A stretch of DNA of 64,000 nucleotides. It comes from an uncultured Oscillospiraceae bacterium. GTDB taxonomy: Bacteria; Spirochaetota; Spirochaetia; Sphaerochaetales; Sphaerochaetaceae. Numbering within the stretch: position 1 is the first letter of the stretch; every line of letters starts with the position of its first letter. The stretch lies in assembly GCA_963636745.1 (NCBI GenBank), contig CAVHKW010000086.1:10931-74930 (forward strand). Reading direction: 5' to 3'. The notes below the pieces were generated by a model. That model saw nothing but the letters and a program-made list of their open reading frames with translations, had not been told where the DNA came from and did no database searches. This document shows, in pieces, positions 34,776 to 44,213 of the stretch. A program made the translations under genes and the position numbers.

Positions 34776-36293
34776 ATGATTGAATATCTCTGGATTACTT
34801 TGTCTTCTCTTATCTCGGGAGCCGCATTAGGGCTCGTCGGGCTCTCGAACGCGACGGTTCTTGTCCCCGTTCTTGTCGTACTCTGTCCGTCATTCTCCAC
34901 CGGAAGCGGTACATACGCCGCAATAACAATTGCCCTCGCTTCCGATATCATAAGTAGTGCATTCACGGCTCTGGTTTATTATAAGAACGGGAATGTCTCC
35001 CTCAAAAGAAGCTGGATAATGCTTCTTTCTGTCGCCGTCTCCTCCATCCTCGGAAGCTATTTCTCGTCCCTTATCGACAACATTACACTCTCCTCCTTCT
35101 CCCTCATACTCACTCTCATAATAGGGCTAAGATTTCTTCTCGCACCGTCGTCCGATGTAAGAGAGAGAAGTGATGAGAAGATAAACAGAACAAAGGAGAT
35201 CATCATATCTCTCTTCTTCGGCCTTACCATAGGCTTCGGGTCGGGGTTCATAGGAAGCGGAGGCGGAATGATACTTGTTGTCGTTTTCTCGCTTTTTCTC
35301 AAACTCGATATGAAGAAAAGTGTCGGAACGACAGCACTCATTATGACAATCTCCTCTCTCATCGGGTTTCTCGGCCACATCCATTATGACAATTCGACAC
35401 TAACCGAACACCTGGTTCCTCTTCTCTTATGTGTCATCCTTTCATCCGTTACAGCAGTACTTTTCTCCATCTATGCCAATTGGAGAAAAAACAAAACGAT
35501 TTCTTATATCGCGGGTGCACTCTTAACAATTCTTTCACTTGCTCTCTTGATTATAAGGAACATCGATTACATAAGAGAGAGCGCTCTCATAATGGGGATC
35601 CTCGAGTGTATCCTCGAGTTCTCGGAATATGTATTCTTCGGTGCAGTAACAGCCGTCATCATATTTCTTCTCTTCAAGAACTTCCCGAAGGATATCTTCA
35701 GAAAGCTTCTCCATATCATAGCATTCTCGTCGCTTGTGGAGATGACGCTCATTGCCGGCACCTGGTATATTGCAGCCGTCACAGCGCTTCTTTTTGCTGC
35801 TGTCATCTATCCTCTTCTGAAGGCTCTCGAGGGCGCCTCATGGTACAAGGACCTCTTTGTCGAGAAGAAAAAAGGAGAAGCAAAGAAGAGCCTCATCCTT
35901 CTCTTCTCGATGTATGCATTACTCATCACAATATGCTGGGGACTGTTCGACAAGAGACATATAGCCAATGCCGCAACGCTCATGTGGGGAGTGGGAGATG
36001 CATTTGCCGCAATAGTGGGACGGAGACTCGGGAAGCATAAATTCAAGTTGAAAGCTGCAGACAGCACAAAGAGCGTTGAAGGAAGCCTCGCCATGGCTGT
36101 CTCTGCATTCATTTCCGGAATGGCAGCACTTCTGATCTCGGGGGAGTTTATGTGGTACGAAGTGGTCTTCTATCCCCTCATCTCAGCACCCTTCGCCTCT
36201 TATACCGAGCTTATAAGCAAAAACGGAGATGACACCGTTACCGTGCCTCTCGTCACAGCTGCTCTTCTTCTTATCCTCTCATTCTTATTTTGA
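34776..36293 (+). CDS. Membrane fusion protein: TauE/SafE (TSUP) transporter-like N-terminal half plus CTP-transferase-1 family (CdsA/dolichol kinase/phytol kinase-like) C-terminal half
   Basis: 505 aa and polytopic. N-terminal half has GLVGLSNATVLVP and GFIGSGGGMILV. C-terminal half has WGVGDAFAAIVGRRLGKHKF, KSVEGSLAM and ELISKNGDDTVTVPL. Confidence 0.6.
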   Translation: MIEYLWITLSSLISGAALGLVGLSNATVLVPVLVVLCPSFSTGSGTYAAITIALASDIISSAFTALVYYKNGNVSLKRSWIMLLSVAVSSILGSYFSSLIDNITLSSFSLILTLIIGLRFLLAPSSDVRERSDEKINRTKEIIISLFFGLTIGFGSGFIGSGGGMILVVVFSLFLKLDMKKSVGTTALIMTISSLIGFLGHIHYDNSTLTEHLVPLLLCVILSSVTAVLFSIYANWRKNKTISYIAGALLTILSLALLIIRNIDYIRESALIMGILECILEFSEYVFFGAVTAVIIFLLFKNFPKDIFRKLLHIIAFSSLVEMTLIAGTWYIAAVTALLFAAVIYPLLKALEGASWYKDLFVEKKKGEAKKSLILLFSMYALLITICWGLFDKRHIANAATLMWGVGDAFAAIVGRRLGKHKFKLKAADSTKSVEGSLAMAVSAFISGMAALLISGEFMWYEVVFYPLISAPFASYTELISKNGDDTVTVPLVTAALLLILSFLF

Positions 36294-37292
36294 AGAAGGT
36301 TTTCTTCTCCTGAACGTTTTCTTTGTCTTCGGTTTTTCCTTGTATTCGGCAATGAGAGAAGAAACCTTTTCATCCGTAAGGACTGATGGATCAGCCTTAT
36401 CTTCCTTCGACAGGGCTACGTTCTCCTTTCCCCACTTTATGTAGTAGCCGTAACTGCCGTTGATGAGAAGAGGAACGATTCCGTCGACCGGAGCGAACTC
36501 TCTTTCGCTCTTTCTACCGGCCTCTCCGTTCTTTTTGTGTTCTTCGACTATCTCCCCGAGTCTCCCGAGCGTCAAAGATGCTCCTTCCTTTTTGTCCTCT
36601 TTCGGGAGTGCTATATTCTCGTCGCCCCACTTTATATAGAGGCCGTAACGTCCCGATGCGAGTGATATTGGCTTTCCGTCGTACTCACCCTTGATCATTC
36701 TGCTCTCCGAGCCGTCCAGGATGTCGGAAAGGGTTACTTTCATCGGGTCGGCTACCTTAATGTTCTTTCCGTTGTAGGAGGCATAGAAGCCGTACGGGCC
36801 GAGTTTAAGTGTCACGCTGTTGTTCTCCCTGTCGACGCCGAGTACTCTCGGAAGAGAGAAAAGCATCTCTATATATTCCTTCGAGAGCCCCGTCAAATCC
36901 TTTTTTAGGCTCTTGGGACATGTTACCTTGACGCCGTCGGAAATACGTTCAAGATAGTCGCCGTAATGTCCTTTCTTGAGTATATAACTGTCAAAAAGAA
37001 TGACATTGTTCTCCTCGGGAGGATAAACAAGATCCAGTGCATCGCTGTCCGTAAATGAGCCGGGAAAGAGCGTCGGCGGGATGCTCCTCATCAAATCCTT
37101 TCCGTTCTCGTCCTTGAGCGACGTCAGGATGTAGGGTCCGAACTTTCCTATCTTTATCTCGTAGTGTACAGTCTCGCCGTCATGGACGAATTCATTTTTG
37201 AGACCGGGAAGAGTAATGCTCTTTGCCTCTCCTGCAGATATCGTCTCACCTACCTTCTTGAGGTCTTCACTTAGTCCCATCTTCTTCTCCAT
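36285..37292 (-). CDS. topA: DNA topoisomerase I, C-terminal repeat region (separate ORF created by a frameshift)
   Basis: 335 aa. Four Topo-C-type repeats: GKFGPYILT, GPYGFYASY, GRYGLYIKW, GSYGYYIKW. Overlaps the upstream topA ORF by 26 nt in the +1 frame. Confidence 0.75.
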   Translation of the reverse strand: MEKKMGLSEDLKKVGETISAGEAKSITLPGLKNEFVHDGETVHYEIKIGKFGPYILTSLKDENGKDLMRSIPPTLFPGSFTDSDALDLVYPPEENNVILFDSYILKKGHYGDYLERISDGVKVTCPKSLKKDLTGLSKEYIEMLFSLPRVLGVDRENNSVTLKLGPYGFYASYNGKNIKVADPMKVTLSDILDGSESRMIKGEYDGKPISLASGRYGLYIKWGDENIALPKEDKKEGASLTLGRLGEIVEEHKKNGEAGRKSEREFAPVDGIVPLLINGSYGYYIKWGKENVALSKEDKADPSVLTDEKVSSLIAEYKEKPKTKKTFRRRKPSSK

Positions 37293-38997
37293 TTCCGAAC
37301 CAGAATTGAGAGAGGTATTCTTCCTTCTCCTCTTCTCCGCGTGCTATGCGGTCGAGTCCCGCCTCCATCTCCTTTGTAAAGTCATATGCTATATAGCGCG
37401 GAAAGCTCTTCTCGAGGAAAGACTCTACAAAGTAGCCCGTGAATGTCGGAACAAGCGTTCCGCTCTGTCTTACGACGTAGCCGCGGTCAATTAGTGTCGA
37501 TATTATCGTTGCATAGGTCGAAGGACGCCCTATCTCCTCGCTCTCGAGCTTCTGCACAAGGGTGGCTTCAGTGTAACGTGAAGGCGGCTGGGTTGTATGA
37601 ACCTTACCCGAAAGATCCTTAAGCGTAACCCTGTCACCCTCTTTCAACGGCGGAAGTGTCTCCTCTTTCTCCTCCTCGCTCTCGGAGGACGCCATATATA
37701 CCTTTCTGAAGCCGTCATACAGGATAACCGAGCCCGACGCAGAGAACGTATACTCCCCCGCATCCATCTTCACACTCGTCACAGCTTTGAGGCTGTCCTT
37801 CATCTGGGAGGCTATTGTACGCTTCCATATAAGAGTGTAGAGCTTGAGTTCATCTCCCGTAAGTCCTGTCTCGTCGGGGGTGCGGAATCTGTCGCCCGAG
37901 GGTCTTATAGCCTCATGGGCCTCCTGGGCACCGAGTGTCTTCGCCTTGTACTGCCTTATTTCGAGCATTGAGTCGCCGTAGTGCTCCCTTATGTAGTCGG
38001 CTGCAGCGTGTATGCACTCCGAGCTCAATGTGGGGCTGTCGGTACGCATATATGTTATGAAGCCGTTTTCATAGAGCCGCTGGGCAATGCTCATTATCTC
38101 CTTGGCACTCTTACCGAGCTTTCTTGTTGCGTCCATCTGGAGTGTCGATGTCGTGAACGGCATACTCGGCTTCTCGCTCTTCTTTGTCTGGACGACGCTC
38201 TTCACCACAGCCTCTTTTCCTTCGAGGGAGGATGCGATTTTCTCGCCCTCCTCCCCAGTTAATACTCTGACACCTTTTTTGGGCTCACCCGTTTCGGGAT
38301 TGAAGCTCTTACTTGAAGCGACGGGAGAATCGGAAATGGAGATGAGTGTTGATTTGAATGAAGGAACGGTATCGGAAAAGGCTGTTACGGTCACATAATC
38401 CGAATACTTGAACCTCCGTCTCTGGTTTTCCTTTTCGACAATGAGTTTCAAGGCCGGTGACTGCACACGCCCCGCGGAGTACTTTCCTCCGAGTTTACGC
38501 GAGAGTATGGGGGAGATGCCGTAACCCTGGAGGCGGTCGACGACACGTCTTGCCTCCTGTGCGTAGACGAGATTCATGTCAATATCGCGGCAGGATGAGA
38601 AGGCCTCCGTTATCGCCTTCTTTGTTATCTCATGGAATACCATCCTGTATACCGGAACTTTCGGTTTCAGCGTGTTGTAGAGATGCCATGCAATGCTCTC
38701 CCCCTCACGGTCCTCATCACTTGCCAGCACAAGCTGCTCGGCACCTTTGAGAGCACTCTTTAGCTCACTTATGAGTTTCTCCTTCCCTTCGACCACTCTG
38801 TAGTCGAGGGAGAAGCCGTTATCGACATCGATGCCGTATACGCTGCCGTCTTTGGGGTCCGGAGTCGGATTGAGGTCTACGATATGCCCCAGGGATGCCA
38901 TTACCTTACAGCTTGACGGCAGGTATTTGCTTATTGTTTTAGCCTTTGTAGGTGACTCTACGATAATCAGAGTCTTTTTATTGGGATCTGCAATCAA
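37267..38997 (-). CDS. topA: DNA topoisomerase I, Toprim plus type IA core
   Basis: 576 aa. LIIVESPTKAKTI, DEDREGE (Toprim), and the active-site region GFITYMRTDS. Confidence 0.9.
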   Translation of the reverse strand: MIADPNKKTLIIVESPTKAKTISKYLPSSCKVMASLGHIVDLNPTPDPKDGSVYGIDVDNGFSLDYRVVEGKEKLISELKSALKGAEQLVLASDEDREGESIAWHLYNTLKPKVPVYRMVFHEITKKAITEAFSSCRDIDMNLVYAQEARRVVDRLQGYGISPILSRKLGGKYSAGRVQSPALKLIVEKENQRRRFKYSDYVTVTAFSDTVPSFKSTLISISDSPVASSKSFNPETGEPKKGVRVLTGEEGEKIASSLEGKEAVVKSVVQTKKSEKPSMPFTTSTLQMDATRKLGKSAKEIMSIAQRLYENGFITYMRTDSPTLSSECIHAAADYIREHYGDSMLEIRQYKAKTLGAQEAHEAIRPSGDRFRTPDETGLTGDELKLYTLIWKRTIASQMKDSLKAVTSVKMDAGEYTFSASGSVILYDGFRKVYMASSESEEEKEETLPPLKEGDRVTLKDLSGKVHTTQPPSRYTEATLVQKLESEEIGRPSTYATIISTLIDRGYVVRQSGTLVPTFTGYFVESFLEKSFPRYIAYDFTKEMEAGLDRIARGEEEKEEYLSQFWFGNGEEDGTK

Positions 38998-39009
38998 AAT
39001 GCGCTCTCC

Positions 39010-39576
39010 TTAGCTGTCTATACGGGAGAGTGTGAAACTCCCGTCCGCCTCATCCGGATTCTGGAAGAACTTGCCCTTGGCAATATCCTGGTCGGCGTCC
39101 ATTGAAAAAGTTAATTGCTCTTTGCCGTTTTCGTCAAGTGAAAAGATGTATTCGACATCCACGAGGATTTCCAGTCCGAATGCCGAGGCTGTGAGCGTTG
39201 TGAATATTAAATCGGGAGAGGCATCTATCGAGCCCATCTTCCATTTACCGGGGGTGAAGAATGTCGTGTTCATTCTCTTGTTGTTGACTCTGAAAGCCTT
39301 TGCTTCGGTGCTCTCTTCATTGTAGGAATGCCATAGAGAATATCGCTCGGAACCGGGTTGGACAAGAGGGAATATCCTGTACTCCTCACCTTCATGAACA
39401 AGATATAGATTATACAGATAGTCCTCTTCAACGCTCTCGACTCTCATCGTTATTTCATTAACCTTTCCCCAATTGTTCTTATCCGTATTATTTATCCACT
39501 GATATGTCCCGTCCCAGGAAGCACAGAGGGAAGGAGAAAGCATGAAAAGTAAAGATAAAAGAAGTAATAAGCTCAT
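39010..39576 (-). CDS. Hypothetical secreted protein or lipoprotein
   Basis: 188 aa with a signal peptide (MSLLLLLSLLFMLSPSLC). Confidence 0.5.
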   Translation of the reverse strand: MSLLLLLSLLFMLSPSLCASWDGTYQWINNTDKNNWGKVNEITMRVESVEEDYLYNLYLVHEGEEYRIFPLVQPGSERYSLWHSYNEESTEAKAFRVNNKRMNTTFFTPGKWKMGSIDASPDLIFTTLTASAFGLEILVDVEYIFSLDENGKEQLTFSMDADQDIAKGKFFQNPDEADGSFTLSRIDS

Positions 39577-39684
39577 TGATAATCCCCGCCTTACGAAAAA
39601 CTCAATCTTAATATCATTATTTAATATTGTTGTCTAGTCTCACTAGAGTTGTCTTTTCCGGGAGTTATGCAATAAACTCAATCT

Positions 39685-40389
39685 ATGAAAAAGCTGTTTC
39701 TGCTTATAATTACACTATCTCTTCTTCTCTCGTCATGCGTCGTCAGCGAAAAACTCACCCTCAACGGAGACAGAAGCGGTGAGAGTTTATCAGATATAAC
39801 AATCGACCCGTTCTTCATATCGGTATTGAATGATCTATCCTCCATTTCCGATAAAAGCGGGAGTGACATTATGGATGATGCAATGATGAGCTTTGCCGGC
39901 TCCCTCACATCCTCATCTTCTTCAAAGAATGTATCGCTCCTCACTACGGCGGACGAAAAGAGATATGTTATCTCATTCACATACTCGTCACTCGAGAAAC
40001 TTCTCACGGATCTGAATAACGGGAAGTCGAATACCCTTCTCAAGATCACAGACAACTCACTCTCCTTCAATCTCGACATAAACAACTACGGCGAACTCAA
40101 GAGCGTCATTCCCCTTCTCAGCGACAGAAACTTCGAGGTTTACGGCCCTGAATACTCCTACGGCATGAGCGAAGAGGAATATATCGAGATGATTACCTTC
40201 CTCCTCTCGGAGGAGAGCGAAGATGCATTGAAATCGAGTTACGTTTCAGTCGACATAACACTCCCGGGGAAGATAAAGAGCGTCAAAGGCGCGGAAATAA
40301 AGGGAGAGAAGGAAGTTGTCTTCACATTCCCAGTCATAGATTTTCTTCTTCTCAACGATCCTCTCTCATTCTCAATCGAATGGACATAA
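39685..40389 (+). CDS. Hypothetical lipoprotein
   Basis: 234 aa. MKKLFLLIITLSLLLSSC lipobox. Confidence 0.55.
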   Translation: MKKLFLLIITLSLLLSSCVVSEKLTLNGDRSGESLSDITIDPFFISVLNDLSSISDKSGSDIMDDAMMSFAGSLTSSSSSKNVSLLTTADEKRYVISFTYSSLEKLLTDLNNGKSNTLLKITDNSLSFNLDINNYGELKSVIPLLSDRNFEVYGPEYSYGMSEEEYIEMITFLLSEESEDALKSSYVSVDITLPGKIKSVKGAEIKGEKEVVFTFPVIDFLLLNDPLSFSIEWT

Positions 40390-40416
40390 AAAAAAGCCCC
40401 CGTCATAATGCGGGAG
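40388..40416 (-). terminator. Rho-independent terminator about 150 nt downstream of rpsD
   Basis: The minus-strand RNA forms CUCCCG-CAUUAUGA-CGGGGG followed by C and U8. On the plus strand the stem has a C-A mismatch. Confidence 0.6.
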
Positions 40417-40565
40417 CTCCAGAGTTGTTATTTCACATTTTCCGTTTTTGAGGGTAGCCGCCGGAAAAAGTTCAAGAAAGCGGACATAATTGGAATGAGG
40501 CCCGTTCTTTCTCTCTTCACCCGAAATGTGGCCGGGCGCGAAATACTCGTCTATCAGACTCAGTC

Positions 40566-41159
40566 TTACTTTGAGTAGAACTCTACGACAAGCTGGTCGT
40601 TGACTTCGATCGGGATTTCCTTTCTCTCAGGAAGACGGGAAAGTGTACCTGTCCAGTTGTCCTGATCGACTGTGAAGTATTCACCCTTGAAGGACTTCGG
40701 CCCCTTGAAGCAAGCTTCGAACTGTGCGTTCTTTCTTGACTTCTCCTTGAGTGATACTACATCACCAACCTGAAGCTGGTAAGAAGGAATATCGACCTTC
40801 TTTCCGTTAACGAGAATGTGGCCGTGACTTACGAGCTGGCGTGCAAGTCTGATTGAATTAGCGAAGCCGATTCTGTAAACAGCATTATCGAGTCTTCTCT
40901 CGAGAGAGATGACAAGAGCATCACCTGTCATCATGGAAGAGCTGAGAGCCTTCTCATAATAACGATGGAGCTGCTTCTCCATAACGCCGTAATAAGCCTT
41001 GAGCTTCTGCTTCTCTGTCAGCTGCTTGCTGTAGTCAGTAGGCTTTTTTCTCTTTGCGAAAGCCGGACTTCCAGCTCTCTTCATTGCCTTAGGGTGTCCA
41101 CATACATTAACCCCAAGTCTTCTGCACTGCTTAAATCTAGGAGTGAAATTTCTTCCCAT
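40566..41159 (-). CDS. rpsD: 30S ribosomal protein S4
   Basis: 197 aa. N-terminal basic region and an S4 RNA-binding domain ([39 protein letters not shown]). Confidence 0.95.
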   Translation of the reverse strand: MGRNFTPRFKQCRRLGVNVCGHPKAMKRAGSPAFAKRKKPTDYSKQLTEKQKLKAYYGVMEKQLHRYYEKALSSSMMTGDALVISLERRLDNAVYRIGFANSIRLARQLVSHGHILVNGKKVDIPSYQLQVGDVVSLKEKSRKNAQFEACFKGPKSFKGEYFTVDQDNWTGTLSRLPERKEIPIEVNDQLVVEFYSK

Positions 41160-41310
41160 GATTTAGACCCTCCAGTTAGAATATTTGGTTTTGTGTCGAA
41201 ACTCGACCCCTTCAATTTACTACCGGACAAAGAAAAAAGTCAATTTGAGAATATGTTAAAGAGAATAAGAAATTGAGTTTTGACTGACTTTCTGCATTAT
41301 AATCCCTCAT

Positions 41311-42546
41311 ATGAGTAAAAAATACTGGCTTTCTCTAATAATTATAGGCCTCGCCGGACAGATCGCCTGGACTGTCGAGAATATGTATTTCAATGTCTTC
41401 ATGTACAACACCATCACAACCGACCCCGGGTGGATAGCGGCGATGGTGTCGTCCTCGGCGGTAGTTGCAACCGTCACGACCGTTATCATGGGAGCGCTCT
41501 CCGACAGAAAAGGAAACCGCCGTCTCTTCATAGCGGTTGGGTACATAATATGGTCGTTCACAGTTCTCGCCTTCGCTTTCGTCAACGCGGGGAGAAACAG
41601 CGCACTATTTGTAGTGGTTCTCGACTGCATAATGACATTCTTCGGCTCTACTGCCAATGATGCGGCATTCAATGCCTATATAACAGAGAGCACAGATAAT
41701 ACCAAAAGAACAAAGGTTGAAGCCGTAGTCCAGGTTCTTCCGATGGTGGCGATGCTCTTCGTCTTCGGCGTCATGGACAGTTTCACGCAGAATGGAGATT
41801 GGCCTCTCTTCTTCGCTCTGACCGCCGCAATAATGTTCACAGCGGGAATACTCTCGTTCTTTCTCCTGGAAAAGAATCAAAACACAGTAAGGAAAGAAGG
41901 TTCCTTTCTGGATGATCTGACCTTCGGATTTAAAAAGGAAACCATAAAGAGCAATAAAGAGCTCTACACTGCACTCACGGCATATGCCGTCAACAGCCTC
42001 AGTATGCAGGTATTTTTCCCATACCTTATTATATATATACAGATGTATCTCGGCTTTACTTCCTCCTATGTAATTCTTCTTGCCGTCACAATCGTGACAG
42101 CATCCATTATGTGCATACTCGGAGGAAAAGCGGCGTCAAAAAGAGGAGAAGTGAAGACTGCTCTCGTCTCCGTCCCCGTTATGGCAATCGGACTTGTCAT
42201 GATGTATGCTGCACGCTCCTTCGTCTTCACGACGATATCGGGCATAGTGATGATGACGGGATACCTTGTCTCCGTATCGATGCTCTCGGCATTGACCAGA
42301 GTCTACACTCCGAAGGGAAGAGAAGGCGGCGTCCAGGGTGTCCGCATGATTTTCCAGGTAATGCTTCCGATGGTCCTCGGACCTTATATAGGAGCAGCGG
42401 CCATAAAGAGTTCAAATATAACCTATGTGGAACTCGGGGTGACGAAGACAGTCCCCGCTCCCCTCATATTCCTAATTGCCGCGGCAGTTGATCTTTTGAC
42501 ACTTATTCCAGTCGCTCTATTGAAGAGAAAGGAGAGAGTATTATGA
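41311..42546 (+). CDS. MFS transporter
   Basis: 411 aa with about 12 hydrophobic segments and a GALSDRKGNRR loop motif. 4-nt overlap with the downstream GH2 gene. Confidence 0.7.
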   Translation: MSKKYWLSLIIIGLAGQIAWTVENMYFNVFMYNTITTDPGWIAAMVSSSAVVATVTTVIMGALSDRKGNRRLFIAVGYIIWSFTVLAFAFVNAGRNSALFVVVLDCIMTFFGSTANDAAFNAYITESTDNTKRTKVEAVVQVLPMVAMLFVFGVMDSFTQNGDWPLFFALTAAIMFTAGILSFFLLEKNQNTVRKEGSFLDDLTFGFKKETIKSNKELYTALTAYAVNSLSMQVFFPYLIIYIQMYLGFTSSYVILLAVTIVTASIMCILGGKAASKRGEVKTALVSVPVMAIGLVMMYAARSFVFTTISGIVMMTGYLVSVSMLSALTRVYTPKGREGGVQGVRMIFQVMLPMVLGPYIGAAAIKSSNITYVELGVTKTVPAPLIFLIAAAVDLLTLIPVALLKRKERVL

Positions 42547-44213
42547 TTCCTTTTGAAAATGACTATCCGAAACCCCAGATGGAGAGAGAAGGAGAATGGC
42601 TCAATCTCAACGGAGAATGGAACTATGAAATATTGGACGGGAACAAGAAGAGCATAAAGAAGGGAAAGATCCTCGTGCCCTACTCTCCTGAAGCTGCGAA
42701 AAGCGGGGTGGGTCATATCCTCCAGCCCGACGAGACTCTCATATATGAGAGGAGTGTATCAATCCCGTTTTCCTATGACAGCAGAAGCGATGGTCTTATC
42801 CTCCACTTCGGCGCAGTCGATTATGAAGCGAGAATCATCATCGACGACGAGGAAGTTATGTGTCACAGGGGCGGCTATCTTCCGTTCTCCGTCAAGGTCA
42901 ATAAGCCGTCATTCAACCTAGGCGTAATAGTAACAGACCCGACGGACGAGGACGAAGAGGAGAGAGGAAAGCAGAAGATAAAGAGAGGCGGCATATGGTA
43001 TACTCCGCAGTCCGGGATATGGCAGACGGTGTGGCTCGAGAAGGTAAAGAAAGAGCACATAGAAAAGATCGAAATAACACCGACATTGAAAGGCTTCTAT
43101 TTGAAGGCCGTCACAACAAAAGAAGGAGAGTGCATATTGAGACTCGGCGGTAAAACACTCTCCATTCCATCCTCTAAAGACACATTCATCGAAATCGAGA
43201 ACCCGAGGCTATGGAGTCCGGAGGATCCATTCCTTTACTACTTCACCCTCACCTACAAAGATGATACCGTCCACTCCTATACAGGACTCAGGACATTCGG
43301 TGTCGGGGAAGATGAAAACGGCATCAAACGTCTTCTTCTCAACGGTAAGAGCTACTTCCACCACGGTCTTCTCGACCAGGGATACTACAAAGACGGCCTC
43401 TATACGCCCCCAAGCGAAGATGATGTCATCCGCGACATGGAGATGGCAAAGAGGATGGGCTTCAACACACTTCGTAAACACATAAAAGTAGAGCCGTTGA
43501 GGTGGTACTACCTTGCAGACAGGATAGGTCTCATCGTGTGGCAGGATATGCCGTCAGGCGGAGGGAAATACTCACCTCTTGCAATAACGCTTCCGCTTTT
43601 TCTCGGCTCTCATATAAAAGACAACCACTACCGCTTTCTCAGGAGAAAGAAGAGGGAGAAAAGAGAGGAGTTCATTTCCAATCTACTCGAGATGATAGAA
43701 CTCCTGAGAAACGTCACATCAATCGCCATGTGGGTGCCGTTCAATGAGGGCTGGGGGCAGTTTGACAGCGTCTTCATCGGAAGAATGGTGGAAGACAAAG
43801 ATAAAACACGGACTGTAGACTATCATTCGGGATGGCTTGACCAGAAGAAGGGTTTCTTCAAAAGTCAGCATGTATACTTCAGACCCTACCGCTTTAAAAA
43901 GGACAGATACAACCGCTGTGTGATCCTCAGCGAGTTCGGAGGGTACGGCCTTAAAGTGGAAGGCCATACCTTCAGTGAAAAGGAATTCCAGTACAGGGGA
44001 TACAGGACAAAAGAAGAGCTCACCGATGCACTCGTCGCCATGTACAGTAGGGATATATTCCCGGCAAAGAAGAAGGGTCTCAGCGCAGCAATATATACCC
44101 AGCTCAGCGATGTGGAGGACGAGCTCAACGGCCTTGTCACCTATGACAGGGAGGTCGTCAAGTTTGACGAAGAGAAGATGAGAGAAATGAGCGGAGAGCT
44201 TATCAGATATTGA
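42543..44213 (+). CDS. Glycoside hydrolase family 2 protein
   Basis: 556 aa. GH2 sugar-binding region (HFGAVDYEARIIIDDEEV, GGYLPFS) and TIM barrel (NTLRKHIKVEP, WVPFNEGWG acid/base region). Confidence 0.75.
   Translation: MIPFENDYPKPQMEREGEWLNLNGEWNYEILDGNKKSIKKGKILVPYSPEAAKSGVGHILQPDETLIYERSVSIPFSYDSRSDGLILHFGAVDYEARIIIDDEEVMCHRGGYLPFSVKVNKPSFNLGVIVTDPTDEDEEERGKQKIKRGGIWYTPQSGIWQTVWLEKVKKEHIEKIEITPTLKGFYLKAVTTKEGECILRLGGKTLSIPSSKDTFIEIENPRLWSPEDPFLYYFTLTYKDDTVHSYTGLRTFGVGEDENGIKRLLLNGKSYFHHGLLDQGYYKDGLYTPPSEDDVIRDMEMAKRMGFNTLRKHIKVEPLRWYYLADRIGLIVWQDMPSGGGKYSPLAITLPLFLGSHIKDNHYRFLRRKKREKREEFISNLLEMIELLRNVTSIAMWVPFNEGWGQFDSVFIGRMVEDKDKTRTVDYHSGWLDQKKGFFKSQHVYFRPYRFKKDRYNRCVILSEFGGYGLKVEGHTFSEKEFQYRGYRTKEELTDALVAMYSRDIFPAKKKGLSAAIYTQLSDVEDELNGLVTYDREVVKFDEEKMREMSGELIRY

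Noticed and set aside
35429-36040. 203-aa same-strand alternative-frame ORF inside the membrane fusion gene
   Set aside because: It is an out-of-frame overlap with a well-supported polytopic membrane ORF. It is Arg/His/Cys-rich with no motifs.
40409-40577. ~55-codon plus-strand ORF (MRELQSCYFTF...) in the rpsD downstream gap
   Set aside because: It has no SD, begins inside the terminator hairpin and runs into the rpsD 3' end on the opposite strand.
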